Source: Lingula anatina
Taxonomy: Eukaryota > Animalia > Brachiopoda
DNA: 64,000 bases
NCBI GenBank assembly: GCA_051362555.1
Contig: CM120641.1
Coordinates: forward strand, 29,518,401-29,582,400
Reading direction: 5' to 3'
Below the pieces are notes generated by a model. It was not told where the DNA came from. It worked only from the letters and a program-made list of their open reading frames with translations, and ran no database searches. Each line of letters opens with the position of its first letter. Position 1 is the first letter of the stretch. This document shows, in pieces, positions 27,035-40,270 of the stretch. Position numbers and translations under genes: made by a program.

Positions 27035-30000
27035 TTATACCTGTGTTCCATATATTCCAAGTTGCCCTGTACTTTTCATGGCATGCAGGTGTTGTGTTGG
27101 TATGGCAGGTTTGGCTGGGAAAAATTTAGCATAGTTTTTGGAAAGATTGCCACTCGCTAGTAGTTCCATGTTTTTCTTTCCCACAGGTCTTTTTAAGTTC
27201 TTCAATTTTAGTTTGCGGTTTGCAGATTTGGTTTCATCCCAGCAAAAAGTGACACTTCTGTTCAGTTTTTGTCTGTTTCCTAAGTGGGGTTTAGGGTCGT
27301 TTTTATACCCACCAGTACTTTCTTGGCCAGGTAAATATATGGTTTCCAATGTGTCACTCTCATAACCTTCTTCCAGATTGGTGAGGCCAGTTTTGACTGA
27401 AGTGTTCGAGGATTTCATTTTCTGTATAATTAAATTGGCATCAGATATTAGTGAACTAACAGATTCAGTGTCAGAGTCTCTCAGCTGGGTCACTTTGGGT
27501 GGTTTAACATTGCATTCCTGAGTGTTTATAACTCTGTCCACTGGTGACCACTGCGGTGCCTTATTATTGGACACCAGGTGGCCAGATACCTTATGCTGAT
27601 GTGGTAAGGCAAAATCTTCATAGGTGTCATCCCAACAAAAATCTGTCTCATCATCTTTGATGTTATCCTGGCCTAAACTGTTCAGTTGAGGAAGACTCCT
27701 TTGCTTCCTGAGATATTCCTCTGTGAGGGGAGATTTTGGTGGAATAAGTCTCTTCTCTGACAAAGACGACTTTCCATCTGTATCTATTTTGAGTGAAAGT
27801 GCCTGATGTTTTCCTGGTCTGTTACCTGGTAATGGTTTACTGCTGGCATAGTTCGATTTGGACAAAGATGAAAGTTTACTGTACACAGGTTGCTCAGTAT
27901 TAACTCCCTTGAGATGCACTGGTAAGTCGTACCTCTCGACAATGGGATCTGCTAAAGACTTGCTACCAGTCTGAGTTGTATTTTGCATTTCAGCATCTGG
28001 ATTGTCGAATTTGTCATCAGAATCATTGAGGATGATATTGTGTTTCAAAGACTGGACATCAGATATCCTGACATACAGGTCTTCTCTGCTTGTGTAGAAA
28101 CTGTCTGATGGACTTAAAGGCAGATAGGGACTCTCTTGATATCTGCTTGAAGTGGATTTTGAGCGAGAGTGTGGGGATTCCCTTGAACACCATGGTTGTG
28201 ACTTAACATCAGAATTCTCCAAGGTATGAATGTTGTGATTTGATTTTGAACCATTGTGTTTTTTGTATTGGGAGAGCGATGCAGATTTAGATGCAGAGGG
28301 AATCTTTTTCATTTCATAGCAATTCACTGAGGAGAGGTCACTGTTGGTCAAGCCAAACTGACCAGTGTCGATGTTTCTGCCCCCATGAAGTGACTGCTGA
28401 CTACCAAACACACTGTCAGAATCTGTTGCCATGCTATGCCTTTGAGAAAAAGGACTGGGTATGGTGCTGTGACCATAACTGATGCCAGAGTCAGTACTAA
28501 CCACAGAATATCTGTTCTTAGGGACATTACCGTTTTCAGCACTGCTGGAGCTCAATTTTACATTTGGTCTGACAGTTTTGTGACGGGCTTTCTGTTTCTG
28601 GATGAATCCACTTAAAATTGAGTGACTTTCCCCCATACTTCTCAGCGGTTGAGTGTATATTCCTTTTCTTGTTCTAGGTTCATTTTTGAAGTACATCCCA
28701 GGACGTGTTCCCAGTGGTAGTCCCTCTGGTCTCAGCACCACACCACTGTCTTGGCTGCACGTGCTCTCTTGAGAGGTAGAGGAGTTTCTCTTTTCTGCAC
28801 TGTCATCTGGAGTTGTTGCTGCATTTGTGGAGATAGATGAAATCTGACTGCTGTATAAATGTGGATTAGTACTCCTTATGCCTTTCCCATTTTGTATTTC
28901 AGCAGTATCAAACCCTGATGTAGTGAGACTGGTCTGCTTCTTTTCAAATTGAGGCTGACAATCCTTTTTTGATCTGGGCTGGTGCTGTCCAGTTGCACAT
29001 GCAGTATGGACTTCTGCATTTGTGAACGAGGTAAATTTAGATTTGATGGGCAGGTTTTCATTCTGGAGATTTGTATGTAGCTGAGTTGGAATAAAGGCAC
29101 TTGCAGCTTCTGGGGCTTCCTGTAGCCGTGGTAACAAGGGAAGCTTTCTTTTAGTTCTGATTCCATGTCCAGAGGTTCTTGATGATTTTGGCTCAACATA
29201 ATTGGGATCTCTGGCAGTGGAGAGCTGGGTTGTCATCTGACTGTCTCTGGACTGTATGCTATCGACACTAGCAATGGACAAAGTATCATAACAAAGCTTG
29301 TAGCTACTTTGAAAATGTTCTTTGGGTAATGTCTGTTGATTGCCTTCCATGTTTTTATTGTAATTTGTTGCCAGCTGATTATATTTTGTTGCATCTTCAT
29401 CGATGCTGTACAAATTTTGGACCTTTTCTTTTTTGTGTGACGGAACCTCTGGTAAAGTTCTTTTCCTTGTCCTGCCAATTCTACTTTTTGAGTGAGAACC
29501 TGGATCTAACGTGGACGTAACAATATCTGGAAGTTTCTTGGTCCTATTTTTAGAAAGTGGTTTGTTCTTTTGATTGCTTTTGGTTACTCCAGTGGCTGAG
29601 TGAGTGACTGAGGGTGTTTGATGATTTAATACACCCAGCATTTCAAATATGATCAACCCCAAAGCTTTCATGTCTGCTTTGAATGGATTAGAATCCATTT
29701 CTCTAATTGCCTTTTTGTAAAATTTTGGCGTTTTCATAACTGTTGCATTTTCAAAGTCTCCAATAATTGCCTGAAGGGACTTGGTCTGAAAAAAACAAAA
29801 AAAAATGTGTTAACCATAAATTTGGCTGCTTGAACAGTGGTCAGGACCTTCATTTGTGGACAAGAAATTCATTAATCACTGGGCCCAAAGTAAAGATTAT
29901 GGTCCTTAGGTATGGACAACATATCCATTAAAATAACAGCAGTTTTACAGTGTGGCATCCCTTTGGAATTCTGCCAGACACAGTCTCCACAGTGGCAGTT

Positions 30001-33000
30001 CAGTTGATTTATTAACTTAAGCCATGTGATAAATGATTGCGGGAGTGGAGTTGTCTCAATTAAAGCAACCATCTTTCACACCACCCTTCAACCTTGTTTC
30101 TTTCAAGTGGCATGTTTTAAATGCAAGTCCTTTCCTCCCAGTCAAATTTATTACTGCTGGGTAGCCAATTTGACAATGGAGTGTTCCTCCTATTAAATAA
30201 GCTGCCCAGTGATACCTGTGCCTTCGGGCTGGAGGCACTAAACGTGGTCATCAACCTAGCTGGAATGCATACAATATGTCTTCCCTTACTTTAATATACA
30301 TATTTGGCATAGTGACTTTGGTCACAAAGGCTATTGTGTACTCCAAATTAAAGGTACTATATAAGTCAATGTCTACAGTGGTCTCTGGACTCATTCTTAC
30401 TATTATTCTTTAAAATGCTGACAAAGGTTTAAAATATTGAGATTTTTAGTAACATAAAAATGCCTAAAATGTCTAAGGTAACATTTAAATGCGTCGTTTA
30501 AACCTTTAAGTGATAATAACTCTTCGTATGAGATCTATATTTCACAATAAAAACATTGTGAATAACTCGTAGAAATATAACATATTCTGTTTTACCACAA
30601 AAACAGCAGTTATAGCTATTATTCTGATATCTGAGCTTGTCTTTAGACCACGTGACCTCCATTGATGGCTATACCAAGCTTTTTAGAAAAAAAAACAGGG
30701 ACTAAATTTGAATGTAAAAATAGATTCATTAACCATTGGTAAGTATGGGAAAATTGTTGTCTACTCCAGGAAAATTCATTTTTTGGCCAAAGCGAAGAGT
30801 TATTATCCCTTTAAGCTATCACTGTAAAGATAATCAATTGTACTAATAGGAAATCTTATTTTAGTTAAGCTTTAAAATTGAGAAGCTGATGTACAAACTG
30901 TGAATCTTTTAATTTTAATTGATATTATCCTGTGGTTGGTGGATCCATTATGAGGTTATCCCACACACTGACCACACACTTAGACTAAGATATTGCAATT
31001 TTACAGCCCGCTAAGCCAAACTGATGTTATTTGAATTGTGATACACTAGCTACACATGACAAAGGTGAAGAGAGTGTTTTTATTGCACACCAGTAAAACA
31101 CTTCTTTGATTTGAGTATGTCTCGGGTATGTTGGTTGAGTATCAGTATTGCATAATACTGAAAACAAAATGTTTCACCATTGTTATTGTATTGCAGAAGG
31201 AAAGTATTGATTGTTTACCCATAACAGTTTTCTTACATTTAATGCGTTATCATGTAAGTAATGAAAGGCAGTCAGATGGAGAAGCAATGTTTGGTGTTTC
31301 AAGTACTCAGTTAAGGATGTGTTATAATCTACGGAAGTATGTGCACAAAGTTCGGGCACTTAAGCCACAGAAAAGCTGGTCCTGTTCTTTTCTTAACCTA
31401 AAACCACTTGTGGCTAACTGCATGTCCTGTACCTGTAGATGTGCCAACCTCTTGGTATATTAGCTTCTGACACCAAAAAATTTCTTTTCAGACTTCAAAA
31501 ATATTAATTGTAATCTAGTCGCGCTAAATATATATACTTCATTTTAAAACATTGATGAATATTTGATTGAAAATTCATAATATAATTTTCCGTCTAACAC
31601 AAAGGCAGTTTCTACATATTTTAGCATGCTGACAGTATTTTAGGGGGTTGGGGTGAACATGAGATTGAATGTTTCTAGGACATGGTCAGTGTAATTACTA
31701 ATCTCATTCAAATTAAGGTAAGAGGATTATTCTGCACTGTTAGGGCATTTTGCTTAGGTCAAATCACATAATTGCTGTTCATAGCTATTTAACTGGGTGT
31801 TAAGTACTGAGATAAACAGGTGGCTGGTGTCCCCATTACTGTCATTATCAGGTAATCCTTTAATTTCCCAACCAGGCATTATTGCTTAATATAAAACTAA
31901 ACTTGATCTGGAGTGCAGGTAAAATTGAGAATGTCTCCCTATGAAATTGTTTTAATTGGTTCAATGGCATGTTGCACGTTGAAAGCATGGTATTAATTTT
32001 CTTAATGCATTACAAAAATAATAATAAGGTATTAAAACTTTTTTGCCAAATATTGTCAGTTGTATTAAATTAAAACATACTGTGACAAATGTTTAGCAAC
32101 TCCTGCAAACGGAAAGGTTATTGTCAGGGAACAAAACACTACCCCCCACCTGCAGCCACAAATTGTATCTATTCAGTTACAGGATGACACAGACGCTATT
32201 CAAACTGAGAAATGAAAACAGCGCCCTGCGCTTAAAATGCACTCTGTTTTGCCTTAATAGCTATAGATATAAATTGAGGAAATGAAGAAGTTAAAATGAA
32301 TGTGTATGCACCTGTAGTGATCCCTGGACAAATATGGTCTTGGTGGTCAAGTTATTATGGACAATGCCCAGCTCATGCAGGTGTGCTAAGCCTCTGCTTA
32401 TATCTGCTGTCAAGTTATGCAGCACCACCTCTGTCACAGCATGGCCATGGTGCTGCAAAAAGTCATACAGTCTGGCAAAGCGGTAGTAAGGTTGGCAGAT
32501 TATTCTGAATAAAAAAAAGGGAAAAACTGGCTACATAATTTATACAATAAACATTTAACTGCATCTGAAAGAAAACTTTTTTAAAAGTGAGTAAGAATGA
32601 CAGATATGTAATGAATATTCCAAAGCTGTGATTGTTAAACTTCTTTTATAAGCTCTTATTTATTTTAAAATACCTTAATAAACCCTCCATTAATTAAATG
32701 CCTTATCATTGTATTATTATCAATTTTTATACCAACCTAGACTCCTTTTGCATCCAGTTGTAATCCACACTCTCAGTGTCACTTGGGAAGTGGAAATGAT
32801 TAGCCCTCCACAGACATGGTGCAAGATTCTCATGCTCTGACAGGGCAAGTCTGTCATACACTGCCTTCTCAGTGGTCCACTTGTCTCTCAAATGTGGAGG
32901 ATAGAGCTTCACTGTCCCTTGTTCTACCAGACCTTCATCTCCCTGAAGCCATTTTACTTTAAATTTCGAGGGCCCATTCTGTTATGATGAAGAAAAATGA

Positions 33001-35169
33001 TGAAAACATCTTAAATCATTTGGCAACCATGTGGACTTTTGTTCTGTGTTCAAACTAATAAAAAATTAAGAACTTAAGGGCAGATAACATGGACACAATT
33101 GTTCATGAGAGTGGATTTTGGTTACTTTTACTTCAATGTGCAATCTTAACTTTGTATTTTTGATTCGTTCAAACCAAAACTTGTTACAGACCCTTTTTAA
33201 ATACAGCTTTGGGCAAATTCATTACCATCTCTTGCCATTACATTGCATGTGCTTGCTGTCAAACTGAATAATGTTTTTTTAATGAGAAAGTTTGAATCCC
33301 TCCCTCCCCTCCCCCAAAAAAAAAAAAATTGCTCCATAATTTTTCGAAAATTTTTCCCCTATAACCCATAAAAATATTTTAAAACCAAACAGAATAGGTT
33401 GTTGAAGTACGTGTTACCTATAAAGACACTTTTACTTAACCTTTCAGAAAAGAATGTGTTTAAAAAAAGCTTATTTTTTTAAAATTCTGGTTTCTTTTAA
33501 TGGTCCCTCATAAATGTCTTTGCATTTAATTGTGACTCTAGTTGTGAAGAAGCTGCTAGGAACAGATTAGTTTTCTGCTTTGAAAATCGAGATCTGAATG
33601 CTCCTTTTGACACTGGGGGCTTCAGGTTATTGGTCGTCAAAACAAACTCTTGATTTCAATTTGTCACATCACTTGACGCACCTTCAAGTCGTGCTGACAC
33701 AATTTACATTTCCCAAAATTCATTCCCCAACAAACAATGAGTAACAATAATTCTTTACCTTTTTGTTATGCTTGATATCCTTGTTTATTTTGCAATTTTA
33801 AACCCGGGGATTAAATTTTGGTGGTTAAAATAGATCAGTTACGTATTTGTTACAAAAAAAGTTTCATTTACACATTTTTATTGTTGTTTTTGGTACTTCT
33901 AATATTTACATAGGAATCTGATATTAAATTAAAGGTAGTTATTTTTGCACAGCAAAATAAATCTATCCAAGAGGGTGGTCAGAAAATACTTACTGCAAGG
34001 AATTTAAACTCAGAGTTAAACATTTGTTATAATTGCTTTGATATTATTATACAGATGTTTCAGTAAACCAACTTCTTTCAAGAATTTCTAAAACGATATG
34101 ATATGACTGCACCTGTTAAGAAAAATCTGTACTAATTTTATGAAGTTTATATTTCTCCTTCTTATTTTTACATGATCCAAATAAAGCAGTAAAACCTGAT
34201 TTGATTTTCATTTCATTCAAGGTGCATACTTTAATTTAATGTAATTGTAGAATAAACATAAATATTTACATATTTCAAATTTATTTAGCTTACAATTGTG
34301 CCCTTTGATACTAGAATCTCGGTTGTAGGTTGCGGGCCTTTTGTAGTTTGTTACCTTTCACAGATTGCCAGGCAAGGGAGTGAGGAATCTAACCAATGCA
34401 ATGAGCAACTTGTGTCATCTGTAAGGCATACTAACACCCTTCATTAGGTATAATATTTACATATAGCCAGAGGGGAGATATGCAAACCCAATCGAATGAA
34501 TATTTTACACCTCACTGAATGGGCAGTTAAACTATTTTCAAATAATTTTTCCACAAAGAATTGCCCTGTCTCACATTTCATTATGACCTCTGTGTGCTTT
34601 ATACATTGAGCTTTTGTGACTATGAGCTAGCTTGAAAGCAAACGTGAAAGATTTTGCGAAGCCTGGTTGGCTATCTTGCCGGTTACTGAAGGTACTAACA
34701 CTTGCACCAAAAGAGTGAGTTATCTCCTGCATATGAAAATCAATCATTTGTAAGTGTCAGGGAAAATTGTTTATTTTTCCATCAGTTATACTCTTGGTAG
34801 CTTAAGCATGAACTATGGGATAATGATCTTAAGTGATCACCATGATTTCTTCAATTGGGATTGCTGACCTCAAGTAATGTCTAAGGTCAAAGTTGCAAGT
34901 TTAGCCTTGGTGCATTCAAATAATGTTCACTCAGTGCATTGTGCTACAGCTAGACAATTGAGTGCACTTTATAGTCATGTCTTTCAAAATTAATATTCAG
35001 ACATCCCTTTTCATTCAAATAATCATTAAATGTGACAGAAATATCTGCGGTAACATATTTAAATTCTTAAAGTAATACTGTAAAAAATTATGCCACAATC
35101 ATATTATGTGAAATGATGGCCAAATGCACATGCGTGTATTTGAGGATTTAGGATTTTGCTAAAGGAGCT

Positions 35170-35205
<36 letters not shown>

Positions 35206-37292
35206 GGGTTTACTTTGGTTTTGCTCAACTTAATTGAAGTCTCAGGTTATACTAGTAAACCCCTTTTTGCTTTAAGGACATGAAATAAATGTCAAACACA
35301 AAGAGAAGAGTCTGTAACGATGAACAGCAAAGTTATTGTCACCCTTTTTATGGAATTAGGTATACATTTCAATGGAGAAACATTTTTCAAAACGTACAAA
35401 TTGTTAGAATTTCTTAAGCATTTTTTTATGGTCATTTTATGCTCTGTTTGCACAGACTGAAAGAAGAGCATTATTATCAATCTATTTTTAAAATTTAGAC
35501 ATATTTTTCAGAATGAATAGGTGACAAGTTTTGAGGTGACAGTTGAATAAAAAGGTTTATGGGTGATAAATACTAGCATTATGTATCATGTTTTCATTTG
35601 GTTTGCATGTGTGACTAGAATTTAGCTGTTTGTTTTGACATACTTTTTTCTATTTTATGAAACAACTTCATAATTATTTATCTATTCATTCAGTTATTTA
35701 TTGTATTTCCTAATTTATATACTCATTCATTAATTTTTTGTGCATATTCAGTTTTCCAAAATGGCATATTGGATTATTATTGTTAACATATGATCGAGAT
35801 TGTTTTATCCCTATTAATCAAAAGATATTAATTATTACCACATAAAAGCACTGTTATTAACTGAGATCTTTTGATGTGACTGTATGGCAGAGGTAGTTTG
35901 CATGAGCTATATGGAGCAGAAAAATTAAATCTGTCAGACATAACAGTAACACTACTAAATTTCACAAATACTATATTACTTCAAAGGGGAGCACGCCCAC
36001 AAAGCCATCAACTATGGTCTGATCAATATTTTGATATGATCTTGAAGTTGGGGTGAAGTTACAGCTGGTGCATTTTAATGTGGCCTTACCATATTCACAT
36101 ATAACTAGTAACTAGCATTAATCCTTTCCATGTTACAGGTGTAAAACTAAGTGTCTGATATGGACTATGGGCAACAACTATCAATAGCATTAATCAACAT
36201 CCACTTAATGGAATATTTCACATCAAGGATCTAATTCTTTAAAAATGAAAAATATTTGAAGAAATGTTGTATAAATTATCGACAGTTCATCTCTGATTTT
36301 ACACAAAATAACACAAATACAAAAGTATGCATTCTGTCACAAAAATCATCCAACCTCACCTTCTTGTTTATTGACAAAACTTGCATGTCTTCTAGTTCAA
36401 AGGGTGCATCCTCCTGTCTCTGTGTCACACGTCCACAGCAACACTTCATACTAGACAAACTGGCACACGGATGTAAGACTGTTGTAAGACTAACACACAA
36501 TCCAAAAATGCACAGCTCTTGGGCATCATTAATGTTGTAATCCCCGATGAAGGATAAAGTAAGCACTGTTAAAATAATTGTCCAACATATCAAGTTGGCT
36601 GCAACTGGTAAGAGAACTTTGACTGCCATCTCTTTATTGGAAGGAACAGTCCTGAGCTTTGCAACATTGTATTTTTGTACCCTGTTGTTTTTAATTGTCA
36701 GTTTTGCTATTGCTGCTATAGCAAAACAGAGCCCTGTAAAGATGCTGATCCAACTTATGGACAGCACTATCACTGCATATTCCCAGCCCTTTTCATGGGG
36801 TAACTGTAGTGGACTGCATGGTATGGCAGTGGCATCATAAGAACTTTCAAAATAAGGTAAACCCATGTAAGGCAGTGCAGTCACAGTGGCAGAGAAAATG
36901 GTAATTGTTACTATAATGATGCAGTAATTATATATGTGCATTTTTTCATTCTCTGAAGATGGGGGAATGAAAAGAAGAGAGGTACTTGTTGGCACCAGCC
37001 ATATGATAATTTGTGCTGAAAATGTTCCCAAGAATCCAGCAATTCTACATAGATGTTTTTCTTCATCTGACAGATATCCTCTGAGCACATGAAGAATGAA
37101 GGATGTTCCCAGCAGCACATAGCAGCTAAATGTGAGGACAAAAATGAGATGATACAGCAGAGGGTGTCTTTTGAGTTTACAGTATATTCTGCTGCAGATA
37201 AGACTGAATAAAAACACTGCATTCAAACTCAAACCAAGCACAGCAATCCCTGTAGAAATGTGGGAGAATGTATCCACAGTAACAAGGATCAT
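27035..37292 (-). CDS. Predicted ~1372-aa fusion protein: LGR-like 7TM domain, TGF-beta-receptor-like pseudokinase, ~850-aa disordered tail, PDZ-binding C-terminus
   Basis: Minus-strand exons 37292-36360, 32978-32737, 32504-32312 and 29785-27035 have canonical GT-AG sites and matching phases (0,2,0). Exon 1 has seven hydrophobic segments. Kinase-like motifs: VKLYP..RDKWTTEKAVY..SEHENL, RGLAHLHELGIVHNNL, IIGDFE, DMKALGLIIFEM. Ends GTQV*. Confidence 0.8.
30510..30810. mobile_element. TTAA-flanked MITE, copy 3 (opposite orientation to copy 1)
   Basis: Reverse complement of 2597-2933 with a small internal deletion; right end GAGTTATTATCCCT|ttaa. Confidence 0.82.
35173..35200. repeat. (CA)n microsatellite
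   Basis: Directly visible. Confidence 0.9.
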
Positions 37293-38789
37293 TTTGATAG
37301 ATGAACTGTCAGAATATAACACTTGGCAGGTTACAACTTTATCTTGTTCAGGATGTCAACCTATTCTACTTAGTACTTGTGGATCCTTTTTTTTTTCTTG
37401 ACAAAACTGATATGAATACTTCATCTGTTTCATGCTCATTGGATACATACGCCTTGCTGTGTGGTGACTGGAATAAAGAAAAAAAATGAATACCAAAAAC
37501 TTTTGAACATATCAAAATTTTTTATAAGTAAACTGGATTTCAACCTTTAAATCATTTAAAATGCAACTTAAAGTATCATTTTTAAATGCAACTTAAAAAT
37601 GATACTTTAAAATGTACACATCATTTTCTTTAAAATCCTCCTTATATCATTCTCTAGGTCTAGCAAACACAATATGATGTTATCTTGGAGAGTCATTTAC
37701 CCATGTTTTAAAAGATGACACTTCCTTGTCTTGACCCCACCTAGCTTCAGTTCAGTGACACTGATAAGGTTTGTAAGTTAGTTCATTTTTGCCTCCTTTA
37801 TGTATCCTTTAAGCCCACTGAGAGGAAAGTAATCCAAACTTTGAGATCATAAAGTAATCTGGATTACTAGCTGTGCCTCCTCCCTGATCCCCATACTAAA
37901 GTAGGTATCAGGGAGAAGAAGACATTCACGATGGAGGAAAAAGGAGCTGCAACGCCATTATATTTCATTTCCAGGTGCACAGAAATAGAGAATTGCATGT
38001 CTGTTCCATTTAGGTAAGCGCAGGTCTCTTCACAATGTTAAAGGCAATGTGCATTTGATTCTTTTTTCTTTTCATTTGTGATAAAATATACAACAGACTG
38101 TATCAGGCATATCAAGTATCATTTACATTCAAAAACATTATTAATTTTTTCCCGTTTTTTCCTAATTGTAATATAATCACTTAAAAAAGTATAACCAATG
38201 TTTTATTGTTATTGTGCGTTTTCTGTCACAAAACATCACATGAAATGCTTTTGGACAAAGCCACTAGTTTAAGTGAATGGCATTTCCACTTATAACAACA
38301 CGAAGATTGCTATGCAATCGCTCACAGCAGCAGCTAGACATTGTTCCACAAAATTTACTATACTGAATTATCTTGTAATTGACTACAAAAATTGCCCCTC
38401 AATTTCCTCTGGTGATGCCCAACACTTAAAATTGATGATGATTTTCATGTCAGACCACATTGAGGAAATCCATTACATTGTCTCAATACATTTGGACCAA
38501 CTCTGGGTTAAATTTCAAGGTTTTGTTGAAGCCTCTATTAGATGTAATTTTGTTTGGCTTGTGCCACGCAGTACCATGCACCAATCTTAGAAATTGTGAT
38601 GCAATAGCCCACTTATAGCATTTGAGTATAATTTAAGAGTAAAAGGAAAGGGATAAATGCAAGTCAAATTATTGCATACTTTAAAATAATATTTTTATAT
38701 TATTAAAATAATGGAACCCAAATAACTTCAGCGTAACTTGGACACAAGTTAATTTAAAGAAGTTCTCAGAGCAAATGTATTACAATTAA

Positions 38790-39138
38790 AAGTACACTCC
38801 ATGAGATTTACCCACCAAAAAAGATTTTCCCAAGAAAATAAGCCATTTTCTTGTACTCATGAACCATATTTAACTACCCCTTTCTGCACTGGGATTTGAC
38901 CTTTGATAAAAATAATAAAGGTTGATTTTAGCTTAAAATGACTGACCAGTTATTATAACATCCACCATTTTCCTATAAGCTCCAATATGGAAATATCAAC
39001 ATAATTATAGTATGCTTCAGGAAAAAAACTATTTTAAGGAGTTAAATCATTTTTAAGGTGTATATAAGGTTTTATAGGAAATTGTGGATGGCAAAAAAAA
39101 CTATACATTTTGGGGATTTTCAAACACGGAGTGTACCT
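38790..39138. mobile_element. Second TTAA-flanked MITE family (Kolobok-like)
   Basis: ttaa|AAGTACACTCC ... GGAGTGTACCT|ttaa: an 11-bp TIR with one mismatch. Confidence 0.65.
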
Positions 39139-40111
39139 TTAAACTAATGTGGACCACAAAATTTTGTTTCGTTTAGTGTTGAAGAAATACCTGAATCATT
39201 TTAATACAGTATATACCATTCAAAAGTATTTGTTATTTTTGTTAGATTGTAGGTCTTGTTATATTTTTCTAATATTGATAATGTAAAACCTGGGCCTGCA
39301 TGTCTTTCCACTTAACAAATTTCCTAAAGATAAATTAGAATCCTAAAACTGCCTTTTTTTGCTTGTCTCACCCTATATACCCATGCATATATATAGAGAG
39401 AGAATCTCCACCATTCTCCATCCTTTATCTAAGAGAGGCTTAAGCAAAGCAAGCATCTAGAGTGCAACGTTTTAGCAATATACCAAGGGTGGCTTTTATT
39501 TGAATAGTAGGAAAAATCATGCACTTTAATGTTAAAACACTTTAATTTACGTTTTTTATCTATTAGATTTATATATGTATGCATTAACAAGTGTGCTACA
39601 TATAAAAAACTAAATAGTAAGTGCTAGTGTTAGTCTTTGAGCAACGCGTGCGCCACTGCTAAGCGGGAGGGAAGGTGGTTGAACGTGCGCGAACATAACC
39701 CAGCTTACAAGATTAGCGATAAAGTTGCACAAATGATAAAGAACTTAACCCATGGTTTAGTGTGTTTCTCTTTTCGTAAGAGCAATTCATTAAAAAGTAC
39801 AGGTGTGCACGACCAGCTTGTCTGTTGCGAAAGTTTTCAATGTTGCTTCATTGGAAAAAAAGGATCTACCACAGAGGCTCAGGATAGCCCAGTGTTAAAT
39901 AAATACAATTTATAAGAAGAAGTTCTACTAAGAACTAATATACTTAACGCGGTGTCATTTTTCTATCTATTAAGATTGACAACCCCAACGACATGCAAAC
40001 GGTACTTAACCTCCTCACGATATATAGCGTCACATTTTAAAGCAACTCATTCATGTACTAACCATATAACGTAGACTGCGACGAAAAGAACTCTCCTATT
40101 GTTTTACTCAC

Positions 40112-40270
40112 CTTTCTTTGCCTTTGCTAGTTCTTATACATTCCTCGTCGTGAATCTATCTGACAAAATGGTAGAGCAATAGTGTCTGTTGTAACACTCT
40201 CCAGTTTGTGTTGATATATATAGTATGCTTGGCTATTTATTACGGTTCTCGCATACAATCGACACTCAGA
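40112..40270 (-). other. Probable non-coding first exon of the 7TM-pseudokinase gene
   Basis: Strong minus-strand donor AAG|GTGAGT at 40111 in a CpG-richer patch; a matching acceptor precedes 37467. Upper boundary is a guess. Confidence 0.45.

Noticed and set aside
27035-29737. Stand-alone 900-aa orphan gene
   Set aside because: The frame extends up to an acceptor at 29786 and carries kinase subdomain VII/IX-like motifs, so it is the last exon of the larger gene.
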